Below are positions 28,201-43,200 of a stretch of 64,000 nucleotides of DNA, piece after piece. The notes below the pieces were generated by a model that made no database searches, was not told where the DNA came from, and saw only the letters and a program-made list of their open reading frames with translations. The stretch spans positions 18,600,001 to 18,664,000 of the forward strand of contig NC_135811.1 in assembly GCF_964213995.1 (NCBI RefSeq), read 5' to 3'. Within the stretch, counting starts at the first letter, position 1. The number at the start of each line of letters is the position of its first letter. The position numbers and the translations under genes are program-made. The DNA is from Mustelus asterias. Lineage: Eukaryota.

Positions 28201-31200
28201 AACTCCAAGGCGCTGGATGCATGCTGCAGTGCTAGAATATTGCAATTTCTAAGGGTCAGATTTAGACGCTAAAATGTTGATCTGATCATTTATTCACAAT
28301 TGAATTTGATACTCGTGCCTGTTTGTTTTTGTTTTATGGCCAACTTAGACACTATTTATAAACTGGCGAACATTACCTTCAAAGAACAACGAACATATTT
28401 GTATCCTTTTGTGAAGTATCAGCACTTTCTTTTAGATGTATTTTTCATCGTTCAGATTTCCTGCGTGCTAGGGCAAAACAGAGTTAATTAGCAAAACGCT
28501 TGCACAAATAGACATGATTGGCAATCTCTCATTGTGCATAAATGAATTGAAGTGTGTGAATTGAACCAGGCTGCATTATTTCAAACCAATCTCCAATTTT
28601 ATTGTGACACCAAGCATTCATAGGAAAGCTTGCCACAATGGGTTTTCATACTGCATAAATCTCCCAAGTTTTGAATGAGTTTATTTTGCATTATTAGTTT
28701 TTGCTGTTTGTATGCCTTGTATTGTTTGGGAGTACTCATTAACAGTAGACACTGATTAGGTTAGATGTAAGCAATGATCATATCCGAAGAAAAAATACTA
28801 ATTTATATGAGAATTCCTATTTTTGATCCACGGGATGAGGATATTGTTAGCAAGACCAGCATTTCTTGCCCATCCCTAATTACTCCACCTTCTCGAACTG
28901 CTGCAATCTGTGATGTAGCTGCTCCGATGATTAAGCTATTTAGGGAATTCTAGGCTTTTGACCCAGTGACAATGAAGGAATGGAGATGAATTTCCAAGTC
29001 AGGATACTGTATCATTGGTGGTACTCTTCACTTGCCTCGAGGCAGCAGACATTGAGTTTACTGTGCATCTTGTAGATGATGCACACTATAACCATGGTGT
29101 GTTGGAGGGATTGAATGATTGAAATGTATTCTTATCTAACATATTTATTGGGGCAAAATCGTTGCAAATTTTGGGTCTGGCTTTGATATTTTCTCAGAAC
29201 TGGCCAGCACCACGATCTCTGAGTGATCTGAATTTGCACCCTTAAATTATTCCAGCATTACTTCAAATTCGTTCTGATGTTTTAGCATTCAGCCTCTAGA
29301 AGAAAACTATAATGGCATATGCTTAAAAGCATATGAGCAAATGGTGTAGACATCAATTACCTAGTTAGTCTAGGCTGAAGCACAAAGTCAATAACAACAA
29401 CCAGTTGAAGTCTGGGGACATAAATATGCATCAGGTCTCTGAAAAACATGCAAAGTAAAGTTTTTGATCTAATCCCATATTCATTTTGTACCACTTTTAT
29501 TTGTGCAGGTGGCCCAGATTTATCAAAGTATAGAGTTTACCCGTTTGGCTTCCTTGGTTCCCTTTGTTGATGCCTTTCAACTGGAGCGTGCCATTGTTGA
29601 TGCTGCCAGGCACTGTGATTTGCAGGTAATGCCAACAATCACAGATATTGATCCGTGTGGTGGTGTCAAAGTCCTGTTAGAATTTGAATATTGAGCTTAG
29701 TTATTGAGTTGAAGTTTAATAACTTAAAGCATTGGTTTGCATTAGAAACAGATATAGCTTTCTCACATCAAATGCAATCAGCTGAAATTAGCCCTCCAAG
29801 ACACTCAGGCCATTTGATTCTGAGCCTGCTCCACCATTCAATAAGATCATGGCTGATCTGGTCTCAAACTCCACTTTCTTGTCTGCCTCCCAGAACTCTT
29901 GACTCCCTTGCCTTACAAAAATCTAACTCTGCCTTGAATAAATTCACAGACCCATCCTCCACAACTTTTTAGTGAAGAGAATTTTACATATTAATCATCC
30001 TCCGGGAGAAATAAATTCTCTTCATTTGCGTCTTAAAAGGGAGACCTCTTATTTTTAAACTGTGACCTAATTTTAGTCTTCCCCCACACGAGGAAACGTC
30101 CTCTGGGTATCCACTCTATGAAGTACCCTCAGGATCTTAAATTCCAATAGCCTAACCTGTTCATCTTTCTTTATAAAACAACCCCATTTGTCCCAGAAAT
30201 GAGCCCAGTGGACCTTCTCTGAACTGCTTCTAAAGCAATTATTTTTTTTAGATGAGGATACGGTATTCCAGATGTGGTTTTGCCTGTACAGCCCTGTAAA
30301 ACTTCCCAACTTTTATATTCCATTTCTCTTGCAATAGGTGCCAACATTTCATTTGCCTTCCTAATCACTTGGTGCCCCTGCATAACAATTATGGATTCAT
30401 GTACCATAACGCCTAGATAGATCCCTCTGTATCACCAAGTTCTGTAACCTTACTCCATTTAAATATTATACTGCTTTTCTGTACTTAACTCCCAAATTTA
30501 ACAAGTTCCCATTTACTGCTTTATACTCCACCTGCTTTTTTTTAAAAACCACTCACTTAACCTATATATACCTTTGCAGACACTGTCATTGGCAAATTCG
30601 GCTATCATACGTTTGGTCCCTTCATCTAAGTCATTGATATTGATTGTAAGTAGTTGAGGACCCAACACTGATCCCTGTGGCACTGCACTAGTTAAAACTT
30701 GCCAATCCAAAAAAGGCCGATTTATCCCTACAAACTGATAGGCAGCATGTATTCTTGACTCTGAATTCATACTGTTGATAACACAACAATCTTAATTTGT
30801 GGAGATCTATTGCAGTGTAGTTCATGCTAATTTCTTCATACAACATCAAAAGTCTGATTTAAATCTTAACTACCATTATTTTCAAAACCTAAATGGGCAC
30901 TTTTGGGGAAAGTATTTCCAAGGGGAAATTATAGCTGGGCTATTTACACATGAGAGAAGAATTTTTGTGGAGCTGTCTTACTTTAACTTCAGTTCAGAGT
31001 CAAAAGACTCTTTCTAGTCATAGTGCTTGTCTTTCCATGGGTTCTACTGACCTTTGTGCTGAAAATTACAAGAGATTAGAAGGGCTTCGTAAAAAATTGG
31101 CATTGTCTTTAAAATTGTACATAGAATGTTGGAGACCATTAAGCAAAAACTTTTATACTACTGAATGCAGGCTAATTTATACTAAACTTTAAACAGCATT

Positions 31201-34200
31201 TTCTCATAGCCTTTTGGGTAACTTTATTCCTGCTTCAACCCAAAGATGGGCTTTTGAGGCACAGCAAATATATTTAAGGGAAGCATATTTTTCAAAGTAG
31301 ACATTTGTCGGATCAAACATGTTCCTCCAGATTGGTTCCAAATACAATTAGTAACATCGGAACAGAAGTAGGCAAATTCAGCTCTTCAAGCCTGCTCTGC
31401 CATTCAGTCAGGTCATTGCTGATCTCTCCCTGGTCTCAAATCTACCTCCCCACCTGTTTCCCCAAATCCCATTTTTCATTAGAAATGTATCTATCTATCT
31501 CCTTGAAACTATTCAATGATTCAGGCACTGCACTGTGGGGCAGCAAGTTCCACAAGTTCACCGCCTTCTGTGAGAATTAGTTCCCCCTCATCTCGGTTTT
31601 AAATCTGCCGCCCCTCAACTATACCTGTGACCTCTTGTTCTAGATTGCCTCATAAGAGGAAACATTTGGTTTACTTTATTTACTCTATCAATGCCTTTTG
31701 AAATTTTATATACACCGATCATATCCCCTCTCCTTCTAAGCTTCCTATATTCCTATATACAATTAGATGAATTTGGGTAGTTTTGCTTTTGAGTTACCAA
31801 AATCCTTGCAAATGGGAGCTATGTATTACTTGCTGATTTTGTTGACTGTTCTAGGTTCGCATAGATCATTCTTCTCGTACTTTGAGTTTTGGCTCAGACC
31901 TTAACTATTCTCCACGCGAAGATTCACCAGTGGGTCCTTACTTGCAACCTATGCCTTCAGAGCAAATCAGAAGCCAGCTGACTGCTATGTCTACTGCATT
32001 AGCTAAGGCTATCCAAGTCGTCAAGCCAACACACTTGCTTGTAAGTTTATTTTGTCTCAATAACGTCAAGTCTGTTACCTATTAGGTCCAGTGATCCAAA
32101 GTGGGCGAGCAATAGGAGTCTTAGTAGTATAATATGTTGGTGAACTATGCTAAACTTCAGCAGTCTTGAACACACACAGAATGTTGCTCCACTTTGATTT
32201 GTTGGCAACCCGTAGTAAGGTTTTCTGGGCTAATTAATATGGATTGCACTCTTAAATGTAGATAAAGCAGTTTACTGTCAAGCACTCTGTTGGAGAGTGT
32301 AATAAAGTTTTCATAGATGCAATATGCATCTATGCATAAAGAATGCCCAATTTTGGCAGAACTGTCCAGATAAGCGGTCCCTACAGTTAGCTGAGGTCTG
32401 CTAACGTAGCATGGGCTGAAATTGAACTAGGATCTGGTCTTTCTGGCTCAGTTGTGTATAGTCGCAATTATCTGAGCCATGAGGGGGGAGCTCTACATAC
32501 GTATGAATTTAAATATTAGGGATTTCTGTTTTTTTAACTTGGCATTCATGAATGCATCCCTATATTTCCTATATTTAATGCTTTAGAGTGAAAAGGAAGA
32601 ACAGCACCAGCAAGCTGTCACTGCTTATTTGAAAAATGCCAGGAAGGAACACCAGCGAATCCTTGCCCGTCGTCAGACTATTGAGGAGAGAAAGGAACGC
32701 CTCGAAAGCCTGAATGTTCAACGGGAGAAAGAAGAAATGGAGTTGCGAGAGGCAGAGCTTCAGAAAGTTCGCAAAGCTGAAGAAGAGCGTTTACGTCAAG
32801 AGGCACAGGAAAGAGAGAAAGAACGTCTTATGCAGGAGCATGAAAACATCAAAAGGAAACATGTGCGAGAACGTCTGGAGCAGATCAAAAAAACTGAACT
32901 GGGAGCGAAGGCATTTCGAGATATTGACATTGAGGTAAGATACAGTCCTGCATACCTTTATCTGCAAGTTCCTGCCTGTAAAATGCTTTCTTGTTTTGAT
33001 AAACAACATTACCATAGAACTTACAGCAGAAGGCCATTCAGCCCATAAGTCCATGCTTGTGTTTATGCCCTATTCAAACCTTCTCTTATCCATCCTCAGC
33101 TATCAGCACCAGCCACTTTGCTATAATTTATCGCAGCAGTAAAGAGTTGCACGTTCTCATCTCACCAATTTTTGGGTAAAGCAGTTTCTTCAAAGTTCTC
33201 CTTTTGATTTCTTGATAATTAGAGACCATCAATACAAGATAAGTTTGCTTTTTTTCCACAAGTGGAAGGATTATCTATTCCATCAAACCTTTTTTATAAT
33301 ATTGAAGATCTCTTGGGTCATCTTCAATAGCCCCGTTGTCCAGTGGCATTTCTTAAACCCAAGAATCACACAAGAATTGCAGTTAGCAACTTAAACCATA
33401 AAGGCTTTATCCAAGACTTGAAGTACCAAATCCTCACTTGCTAATTTTCATCCCATAACTTACTTTTCCTCCCCACATCTGATGGAACCTGTTTCTTCAG
33501 ATCTCTGCATTGCTCTTTCAGGAGGTTTGGTAGACAATATGACTTCATGCTCCCACTTGCTTTGTAACTACATATGAAGTACACTTTTTAACATTATCTT
33601 CCCTGCACTTGCTTTGCTGGGATGAGATAACTTGATGTATCGGGGTTGAGGGCAAGAATTTGCAGCACCATGTAAAGTGAGAAATTGCTTCTTGTATAAG
33701 CTAATGCCATATAAATTACAAGAGGTTAGCGCATTTTTAGTTGTGTGTAAATTGCACAAATTTTGTGCTGTATATTTTGGTGCTCACTATCTGATTATGA
33801 ACCTTCAATATTTTTCGAAGAATCTCGAAGAACTGGATCCAGATTTTATCATGGCAAAGCAGGTTGAGCAATTGGAGAAAGAAAAGAAGGAACTTCAAGA
33901 ACGTTTGAAAAATCAGGAAAAGAAGGTGAGCTGATGGGTCATTCAATGAAACACAATCAATAAAATAAAATGGTGACATCTGCTTCTTGGTAAGGTATGA
34001 AGTTGGAATGTTGGTACTGATGTGATAACTAGATTAAAACGAGTAAGGGTTCATTGAGACAAGTTGGTTGTGTGATATTGTGTCTTAGTGGTGGCGATGG
34101 CAAAGCTAGTAAGGGTGCTGTTCATTGGTTGAAGTGGTGTATTGAAACTTCATTATATTGTAGCGTGAAGTAGTAAAAGATGGTGTTGCATCTGCAATTA

Positions 34201-37200
34201 TTGCTATAGCTAATTATCAAACTGTAGAGCACATTTCAAGCTAAGTGCTTTCCTATTTTAGAGTGAAGGATAAAGAGAGAGCAATAAAATCCTAGTGGTT
34301 GTTTTAAACAATATATCCAATCTCCTGCCAGCCTTTGGCTTTTAGCTTATCAATACTGGGATAATACATTAAAATTTCAGAATATTAATTACACTCCAGG
34401 GGAGGAATAAAATAAACTCAAACTAAATTTTGCCTATACTTTTGAGATGGTTAGTATGCAGCCTGCATCAAGGGAGTGATTCATTTGCTGTTTCCTTGTC
34501 CTTAGTAGTTTGTACTATTTCCAAAATATCTGTTCTTAATAGATTGTTTTTGTAACAGATGAAAAGTTGCTTGCTATCTGCAGTCATGAGTAAATTTCTA
34601 CCAAGTTAACAACCAGAAGTAACTTATTAAAATCTGCCCTGGCATTGAGCATGGTTTAAAATCTTTCCCAATGTCTCTAGAATATTAAACAATATTGATT
34701 TCTTTAAAAGTGAGTGATACTGGTAATTCTGCTTACGGTTGGTTTCTTCTTTGTGCAGATTGACTTTTATGAAAGAGCCAAGCGATTGGAAGAAATACCT
34801 TTGCTCAAAAATGCATTTGAGGAACAGCGAATAAAAGATATGGAACTGTGGGAACTTCAAGAGGAGGAAAGGGTGAGTAATATCATTGTATACATATGCT
34901 TTTCAGATGTGCTCTTTTACTTTCTGCTTGATGCAATCCTTTTGAACATTGCTCTCAATGTCCCTTGATGTTGTAACCTGTATTAAGTTCTTTGATTTAA
35001 CAATAGAGTTAAATTATATCTGTTTTGTAATTGAGAGTGAATTTCTTTTTTGTAGATAACTAATATGAAAGTCGAGCGTGAGAGGGCACTTGAGCACAAG
35101 AATCGAATGTCAAGGATGATGGAGGATCAAGATATGTTCCTAACCAAGCTTATGGCTTCACGACGTACTGTTTATGAGGTCTGCAATTTATTAAATAACT
35201 TGTTAATAGTATTTTAGCTTGAAGATATTCTTAACCATAATTTCAGAAATCGCCCAGTATTTTTAGTTTCCGTAAGATCAGTAGTTTGTCCGTATAAATA
35301 TTGCTCTGGTAGCAAGTTGGTTAAATCACATCAGTACAGCAAAGGGTTCTATTTCCTTTGATTAAGTTGCATTCTGTTTTGTTCTGAGAAAAGGAAAAAC
35401 TGAAGAATTTCCAAGAGAAGCTCAATGAAGAACGGAAGATGCGTTTGGAGGAACGTAAGAAACAACGTAAAGAGGAAAGACGCAGGATCTACTACATAGA
35501 AAAAGAGGAGGAAGCTCAGCGATTGGAGGAAGAAAAGCTTAAGAAAGGTTTGACTGTGTAGTTGCTTTATTTTCAGAATAAAACAGACGTGAACAGTTTC
35601 AATGCAGGGATTCTTATTTTTGAAGTTTCTTGGTTTAGAGCGCGAAGAAAAGGAACGATGTGAGCGCGAAAAACGGGAAGCAGAGGAGCGCGAGTACCAG
35701 GAAAAACTAAGGAAATTGGAAGAAACTGAAAGGAAACGGCGTCAGCGAGAGATGGAAATTGAAGAACGGGAGCGTCGTAAAGAAGAAGAAAGGAAATCTA
35801 CTGAAGATCAATTTCGTAGAAAGGTAATTCTCTCTCTGGCATCGTTGCCTTTGTTCATTGTTCTGTTTCAAATGTCCAAAGCATCAAATTTCTTGATGAT
35901 TCTCATTGTCACTCTGATACAGCAGCAAAAAGTGGAAATCAAATAAGTCAAGATGGGCAGTGTCCATTTTCCACATTCATAATTGAATGCCTTGCTTCTA
36001 CGCAGTGTTCTCTTGTACAATTTAGAAAAGGTGATACATAACCTTACCTGAAGTGCATACTTTTGATGGGATGTGCTGCTTTGAGAAAGCAATGGAAGTT
36101 TCATCCTTAGGACTGGAGCGGTTATTTTCACTATTCACGTCTGGAAGCGCTATCACCACCTCCAGGTTTGAGTAAAGAACACTGGTTATTAAACTTTCAT
36201 GTTGTTGTCCACAGTGGTTAACACTGCTGTCTCAGCACCCAGGGGCTCTGGTTCGATTCCCGGCTTGGTCCACCGTCTGAGTGGAGTCTGCACGTTCTTC
36301 CTGTGTGGGTTTCCTCCGGGTGCTCTGGTTTCCTCCCACAGTCCGAAAGATGTGCTGGTTAGGTGGAGTGGCCATGCTAAATTCTCCCTCAGTGTATCTA
36401 ATGTGGCAACTCGGGAATTTTCAGTAACTTGATTGCAGTGTTAATGTTAACCTACATGTGACAAATAAATAAACTTTTAAAACTTTAACTTAAACTGAGG
36501 CAAAGAGTTGGGTAGCATGATTGTAGTTGGCCATTTCTATAGCTAGTGGAACAGAGCAACTTGAGACAAGCAACTAATCAGAAGTGTAGAAAATCTATTT
36601 GACAATGAAATTTATTTAGGACATTTTGTGTTCAAATATGCAAGCTGTTATTAGTGACGTCCCACAGTCTAAATTTTGAGGGTGAGAGGTGATGTGTTTA
36701 TTGCATTAGAATGTATTTTATTACAACTAAATTTGTACTGGTTTATACAGGATTAATCATAGACTCATAGAAACCCTACAGTGCAGAAAGAGGCCATCTG
36801 GCCCATCGACACTGCACCGACCACAATCCCACCCAGGCCCTACCCCCATATCCCTACATATTTACCCGCTAATCCCTCTAATCTATGCATCTCAGGACAC
36901 TAAGGGGCAATTTTAGCATGGCCAGTCAACCTAACCCGCACATCTTTGGACTGAGGGAGGAAACCGGAGCACCTGGAGGAAACCCACGCAGACGCGAGGA
37001 GAATGTGTGGAGTTTGCATATTCTCCTCGTGTCTGCTTGGGTTTCCTCCGGGTGCTCCGGTTTCCTCCCACAGTCCAAAGATGTGCGGGTTAGGTTGATT
37101 GGCCATGCTAAAATTGCCCCTTAGTGTCCTGAGATGCGTAGGTTAGAGGGATTAGCGGGTAAATATGTAGGGATATGGGGGTCGGGCCTGGGTGGGATTG

Positions 37201-40200
37201 TGGTCGGGGCAGACCCGATGGGCCAGATGGCCTCTTTCTGCACTGTAGGGTTGCTATGCTATGATTATTAATTTTAAGATTAAGAAATATTAGCACAGTA
37301 GATGATGTTTAAGATGACTTTTTTTGGCCAGCAAAATAAATGTATTTAATGTTGCCACTTGTCCATAATTGTCTGTTAAGTGAAAAGGTTAATATTATGT
37401 AATCCAATCTCATTGCAAACTGAATAACTCGCAAAAATATAATAAACTTTTCCGTTTCCCAGCTAGGGGATGCTTTGCTACATTATCATTAGATGAGTTT
37501 GTGTTTTGAGTAGATTGACCCACAATTTTAAAAACTAACGTTAGTTTTGAGCTTGCCTTAGATTAATATTCATATACAACAGGATTCATTCTGTTGGAGA
37601 ATTACAGTGGAATTGTACTTGGATACGAATTATGAAGAAAACAATAACATTTTAGAAGAAAGCTACTTTTCACTGGTGTTGACAGTTACATATTTGAACG
37701 TTTTTCTTGGCAGGATTCCCAGCGCTGGAGTGACAGGGACACTGATCGCGATGGCTGGAGGGATTCCCGTGTTATAGAAAGGGATTCTGAATGGAGACGT
37801 GGTGGAACTGATGCGTAAGTGGCTAAAACCAAGTTAGTGATTGTAAAATCAAACCGCGCAATTGCAGGCCATTGGGCCTAATGATTTGAAAGAGCTAAGG
37901 ATTCCCACTCTTCTTTCCCTGTAGCCCTACATATTTTCCCTTTAAGTATATCTACATCCCTTTTTGAAAATTAATATTGAATCTGCTTCCACAAGCCTTT
38001 CGGGTCATAACTTTAAGTTTATAGAATCATAAAATGGAAAGAAAACATTTCAGCTGTTAAAGCCTGTTTCAATTCTCCAGAGCAATTTAGCTAGTCCGAC
38101 TTCCCCGCTCTTTTCTTGTAATCCATTTACCTTTCAGGTGCTTCCTGATTGAATGCCATTCCAGATTCATTTCAGATCATAACCTCTTGCTGCTTAAAAA
38201 TAACTTTTCCTCAAATTGCCATTGGTTTTTTTGCTAGCCACTTTAGATGTATATCTTCTGATCTTGACACTGTTGCTAGTTGGAATAGCTTCTCTCTCCC
38301 ACTCTATCTAAACTCCTTTCACCTCTCTCTAAACAACGTTGAGTCAAGAACAACCCCAGCCCCTCCACTCTCTCCATGTAACAGAGGTTCCTCATCCCTG
38401 GAACCATTTTCAAATCTTTTCTGTACCCTCTGTAAAGTCTTCGAGTGTGCTGCCCAGAATTGGGCATAATACTTGAGTTGAGGCCGAATAAAGGTTTATT
38501 GTGAACTCTACCCCTCTATTTATGGAGTTAGAATTGTGTACGTTTTAGTAACCAATTTCTCTATCTGTCCTGCCATCTTCAACAATTTATGCTTGGAGTT
38601 GTGCCAAAATGTATCGTCTCTGTCGTATACAAGTGCGCTCTGGACTCTTTCTTTCCCTTCCTAGTTCTCCTTGACTGTCTGACATAGTCCTCAGCTTCCT
38701 AGATGCATGCAGTAATTCCAGCTACTGTTGGAGTTCCTCCAGCTGATGACATTTCCTTCATGTGGTTCTCATGGAACAAGCTGTGCATTGCTCTGTACTT
38801 GAGTGCCTGCCATGCCTCAATTGGAACTGAATAGAAATAAACAAATTTAAAAGCTTTTAACAGCTTTATCAACTTCAACGATTTCTGTGAACCCCGTGGT
38901 TCTCATTGTTGTTGCACTCCCTTTACATGTATATCATTCAGAATGTGTTGCATTTCCTTGGGTTGGATTATACATTCCCCACCAGCGGATTTGAAGGAAG
39001 GGCGACACATGGCCCAATCAGCAGAACATGCTGTGTCTACTACCCCCCCACCACCACCACCTTGCTGTGGTCTGCCAGCTTGGCACCTGGGGAGACACTC
39101 GACTCACATGGGCTGTATCAGCACAGCTTGTCGCCTCAAGTTCCGAGTCCAGTATCAACAGAAGTGATCGAGATGATGGTATAAGAACTGTTCCCGTTAG
39201 CACTGCCTGTACTGGTGAGCTGCAGGCTTCTAACTGGCCAGTAGATATCTACGGTTGGGCTTCCTGATCTGGAAGGACGGATATATCACCTTCAGTCTAT
39301 TAACAGCATATTTCCTTTTAAATGAGTGTGGGATAGCTGGTGTTCCCCCTCACCGGACTACCCCCATCCCACTTTTTAAGCTCTGTAGTGGTGGGGAGTC
39401 GTAGAAAAATCATAGAATCCCTATAGTGCAGAAGGAGGCCATTCAGCCCATCGCGCCTGCACTGACGACAATCCCACATTGGCTCTATCCCCATTACCCC
39501 ACACATTTACCATAATAATCCCTCTGACGCTAAGGAGCAATTTAGCATGGCCAATCAACCTAACTCGCACATTTTTTGAGTCCGTTACCTTGCGCAATTC
39601 TGCCGTTCATTTTCCTTCAGAAATGTATGCGTTCGCATTTTCCTCTTGCACTTTGCCTGCCTATATTTCTCTATCATTAATGTTCTCCTGAGGTATTCTG
39701 CTATCCTTCTCACTGATCACTTGTCATTAGTAAAGTTTGAAATTATGGCCTCTGTACCAAAAGCCAACTCTAGCATTTTGCAGGATATAGTTATGAAATG
39801 TTGTTATAGTTTTGGGACTTGTTTTTTTTCATAGAGAGTGGCGGCGAGGGGAAAGTCGTGGCTTTGATGATGATAGGCCAGCCTTCCGTCGTGCGGAGGA
39901 CAGAATTCGACGGGACGATGATAGGGAGCCGCTGTTCAAAAGAGGAGATGATGATCGTGGTCCGTTGTTCAGGAGAGGTGATGATGATCGGGGATCTTGG
40001 CGAGACGATGACAGAGGACCTCGGCGTGTGGATGATTCAAGACCTAGCCCGTGGAGACCACTTGATAAACCTGGTACAAGAAACCTCTAACTTTTCTGAG
40101 TGTGGCCTTGCTTAACTGAGACAATTGGATTATTGTGCATTTTAAAGTATATGGTTGGGTGCACAAACTTGGAACAGCTTTTCTCTAGATTCCCCATTCA

Positions 40201-43200
40201 GAGTTGTTTTTGGCAAGGTGTGAACTTGGAACAATTGAATCCTTATGCCTATTATTTTGGGGTATTCTTTGAAAGGAAATCCATAAAACCAGTTTTTGTG
40301 TATATGTTATGTTAAAATATAACCATTTAAAACAGATTTACAGCAAGTGTATAGCGATTTTGTGCATTCTCATTGATAGTGATCTGCATGTGACAGATTT
40401 TTAACCCTTTTATAAATAGAACACGATGGCAGAAATGTATAAGAATATTTTTTAAAAAGAAGCTTCTGTATTTCTTTACTTTTTGTATGTCAGGTGGTGG
40501 ATGGAGAGAGAGGGAAAAAGCGCGTGAAGAAAGCTGGGCCCCACCCAGAGACACCAGGTCTTCAGAAGAGAACAGGGACCTTGAATCAGATAGAGATCAA
40601 GATCGCCGTATGACATTTAGGTTTGTAGATCAAGGATTATGAACAAACTTGTCTTTCTTCCAAGTTCTTCTGTTGATGGCAGTTCCACTGGGTGTGTTAT
40701 GGTAGATGGCTTCCATTTAAATACTGAGTACCCCGAGTTTGCTTTTACATTGTGGAAGAAAACTTGTGTAATTGTTTCATTCTCACTGATTGGCAAGGTT
40801 GGATATTCTGATTGTTTTTCATCTCTATCTCAGAACTTAAAATCCTGGTTAAAAATATTGTAACTGGACAGTAAAATTAAATACTCCACTTTTTTCCTCC
40901 TTGTTTTCTCCTTTTTAAAAAAATGGTTATCCTGTAGCTAGAATACAGATGAAACACACTCTGGTCCTATGTTCAATTGGCCATGATTTATGTATTTGCC
41001 TTGATGGTGAATGTTGGTAGAAAGGCTATATTGCACAAGTGTGCTTCCAGATAGATAGCAACCAGAAATGGGAACTCTGACCATTACCTACTGCCACTTA
41101 ACCTGTGGTATCAAGGCCTGGGGTTAGATTCTCACATCTTTGCTGCTGTTCAAGCTGAGTATACATAACTTGGCACAGGCAAGAGACTAAACCTGTGTGT
41201 TGTGTACCTACAGCTTTACCCACTGGATGACTTACTGAGCTGTGGAGAGAACTGTTCTTGTTCCTTTGCAAGATTTACTTATCAATTACTTTGCTGGTCA
41301 GAATTCCAATTATATTTGCAGACTTGATCCGTGGTCTTTGAGAAAAGTGCTGCAGTACAAGACCTTACAAACAGGTGGCGATAGTTTAAGTCTCTTCACC
41401 CAGGTGCCATGGCTGATATAAGGTGCTAGTTAAATGCTGAGACAGTGTTGGGTGGGGCAAATGGGGGAAGCAAAAAACCTACTCTGGAAAAGGCAAAATA
41501 AAACTGGAAATGCTAGGGTAGCCAATTTTATGCACACCGTTCAATCTGTTTGTATTTCACGGACATGAATAATGAATTTGTTGTTAATGCAGAGACAAAG
41601 ATGATGGCCCTTGGAGACGTGGTGGTGGCGGTGGCGGTTCTGAAGAGACTAATAGCTGGAGAGAAGCTCCACGGCGTGAAGACCGGGATGGTGATCGAGA
41701 TCGTAAAGACTTGCGTGAACGTAGAGACACCAAGACTCGTAAAGATGAGCCAGAGCGCCGTGCTACACCTGTTAAAAGTGATCGAGATGATGGTAAAAGA
41801 GCAGAATACCTTTAACGCTCCCGCTACTCTTTTCAGGAAAAATGAAACAATTTCTCCTCATTTTTTGTGAGGATGTTCTCAGTAGAATTTCTTGGTAATG
41901 CAAATGTGTATCAATAATGTCAATCAATGTAAACGTCAAAGCCATAAAAAGTGATTTCACCTCTTATTGTTTTTGAAGTTATGGTGTGGGGAAAATTTGG
42001 CTTCAAGGATTTTTTTTTTTTAAATTCAGAATGAGAAAGATAGAATGCAATGAGATGCTCTTGTCGTGATTTGTATATATTTATTGCTCGCGCAACAGTG
42101 ATGGGCAAACAAACGTCAGATCCAAGTTGCAATCTGTTTTCCGCTCTCAATTTCCCCTGCAAATTTTGGATTTCAGTAAGTTTGTCAAATACATTGAAGA
42201 TTGGCCATGTAGTTGCCCAAGGCTTGGGGAAATCCTGTAATGCCTAGCTGTGTCTGTGGAGGGAAGAGTTGATGTTTTAGGTCAGGGATTTTCATCAGAA
42301 CACAGTTCTGGTGAGCTACTAATCTCTTCAGATTATCAACCTGAAAGGTTAACTTGTTTCTTCCTCCACAGTTGCTGCTACCTGAGTATTTGCAGCATTT
42401 TATGTCTTTATTTCAGATTTCCAATATCTGCAGTGTTTTGCTTCTGTAATATCTAATTTCAGTTTGTACACAGGTTTAGGACATCCAAAAAGTTTTTGAA
42501 AGCGCCAGTACAGATATGATGGGCCAAATGACCATCTGTGTTGTAAAATGTTGTGATTCTAAGACTATAGTGCCTATAGTGAAATATGAGTGGAACAATG
42601 TAAGTTGAGGAAAGCTAGTCATATTTTTGGTCTTTTGAGAGGTTGTAACCAGCTTATGATGGTAGTACATTTGTGTTTTTATCAAATGGAAATTCAGTAT
42701 CCTTGACCCAACCATGTTCAGCTGCTTCATCAATGGGGTTCTTTTATAAGGTCAGAAGTCAAGATGTTCAGGTTCAATCCCCTTCATAACTACTCAGATA
42801 ATGAAGTAGTTTGTGCCTTGCATGCCGCAAAATCTGATCAACATTCTGGCTTGAGTAGATAAGTAGCAAATAAGATTCGCAACACGCGAGTGCCAGGCAA
42901 TGATAGAAGCAAATTCCCACGTGATTAAAATCCATGGAGGAGAGAACTTGTGTTTTTGTATTTTGAGAGGGTACGGGTGACTGGTTAAGCAATTGTAGTG
43001 TTTGGGTGCTAAATTTGAATTTGAAAAGCCTGAAAACTTTGGGAAGGAAGTGAAAACTGAAACAAATAAGACTAGATGTACGAGACTATTGATGATCTAC
43101 AAACATGTCGTTATAGGATGTGTGGGGTTGTGTATCATCTATTAAATAGTGGAAAAAAGGTTAAGGCATTGGAGAAAGAGATCAGACATTGGAAGAGAGT

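Noticed and set aside
40608-40613. Alternative donor gtatga in EIF3A exon 20
   Set aside because: Phase 1, incompatible with exon 21; the donor after 40620 preserves the frame.
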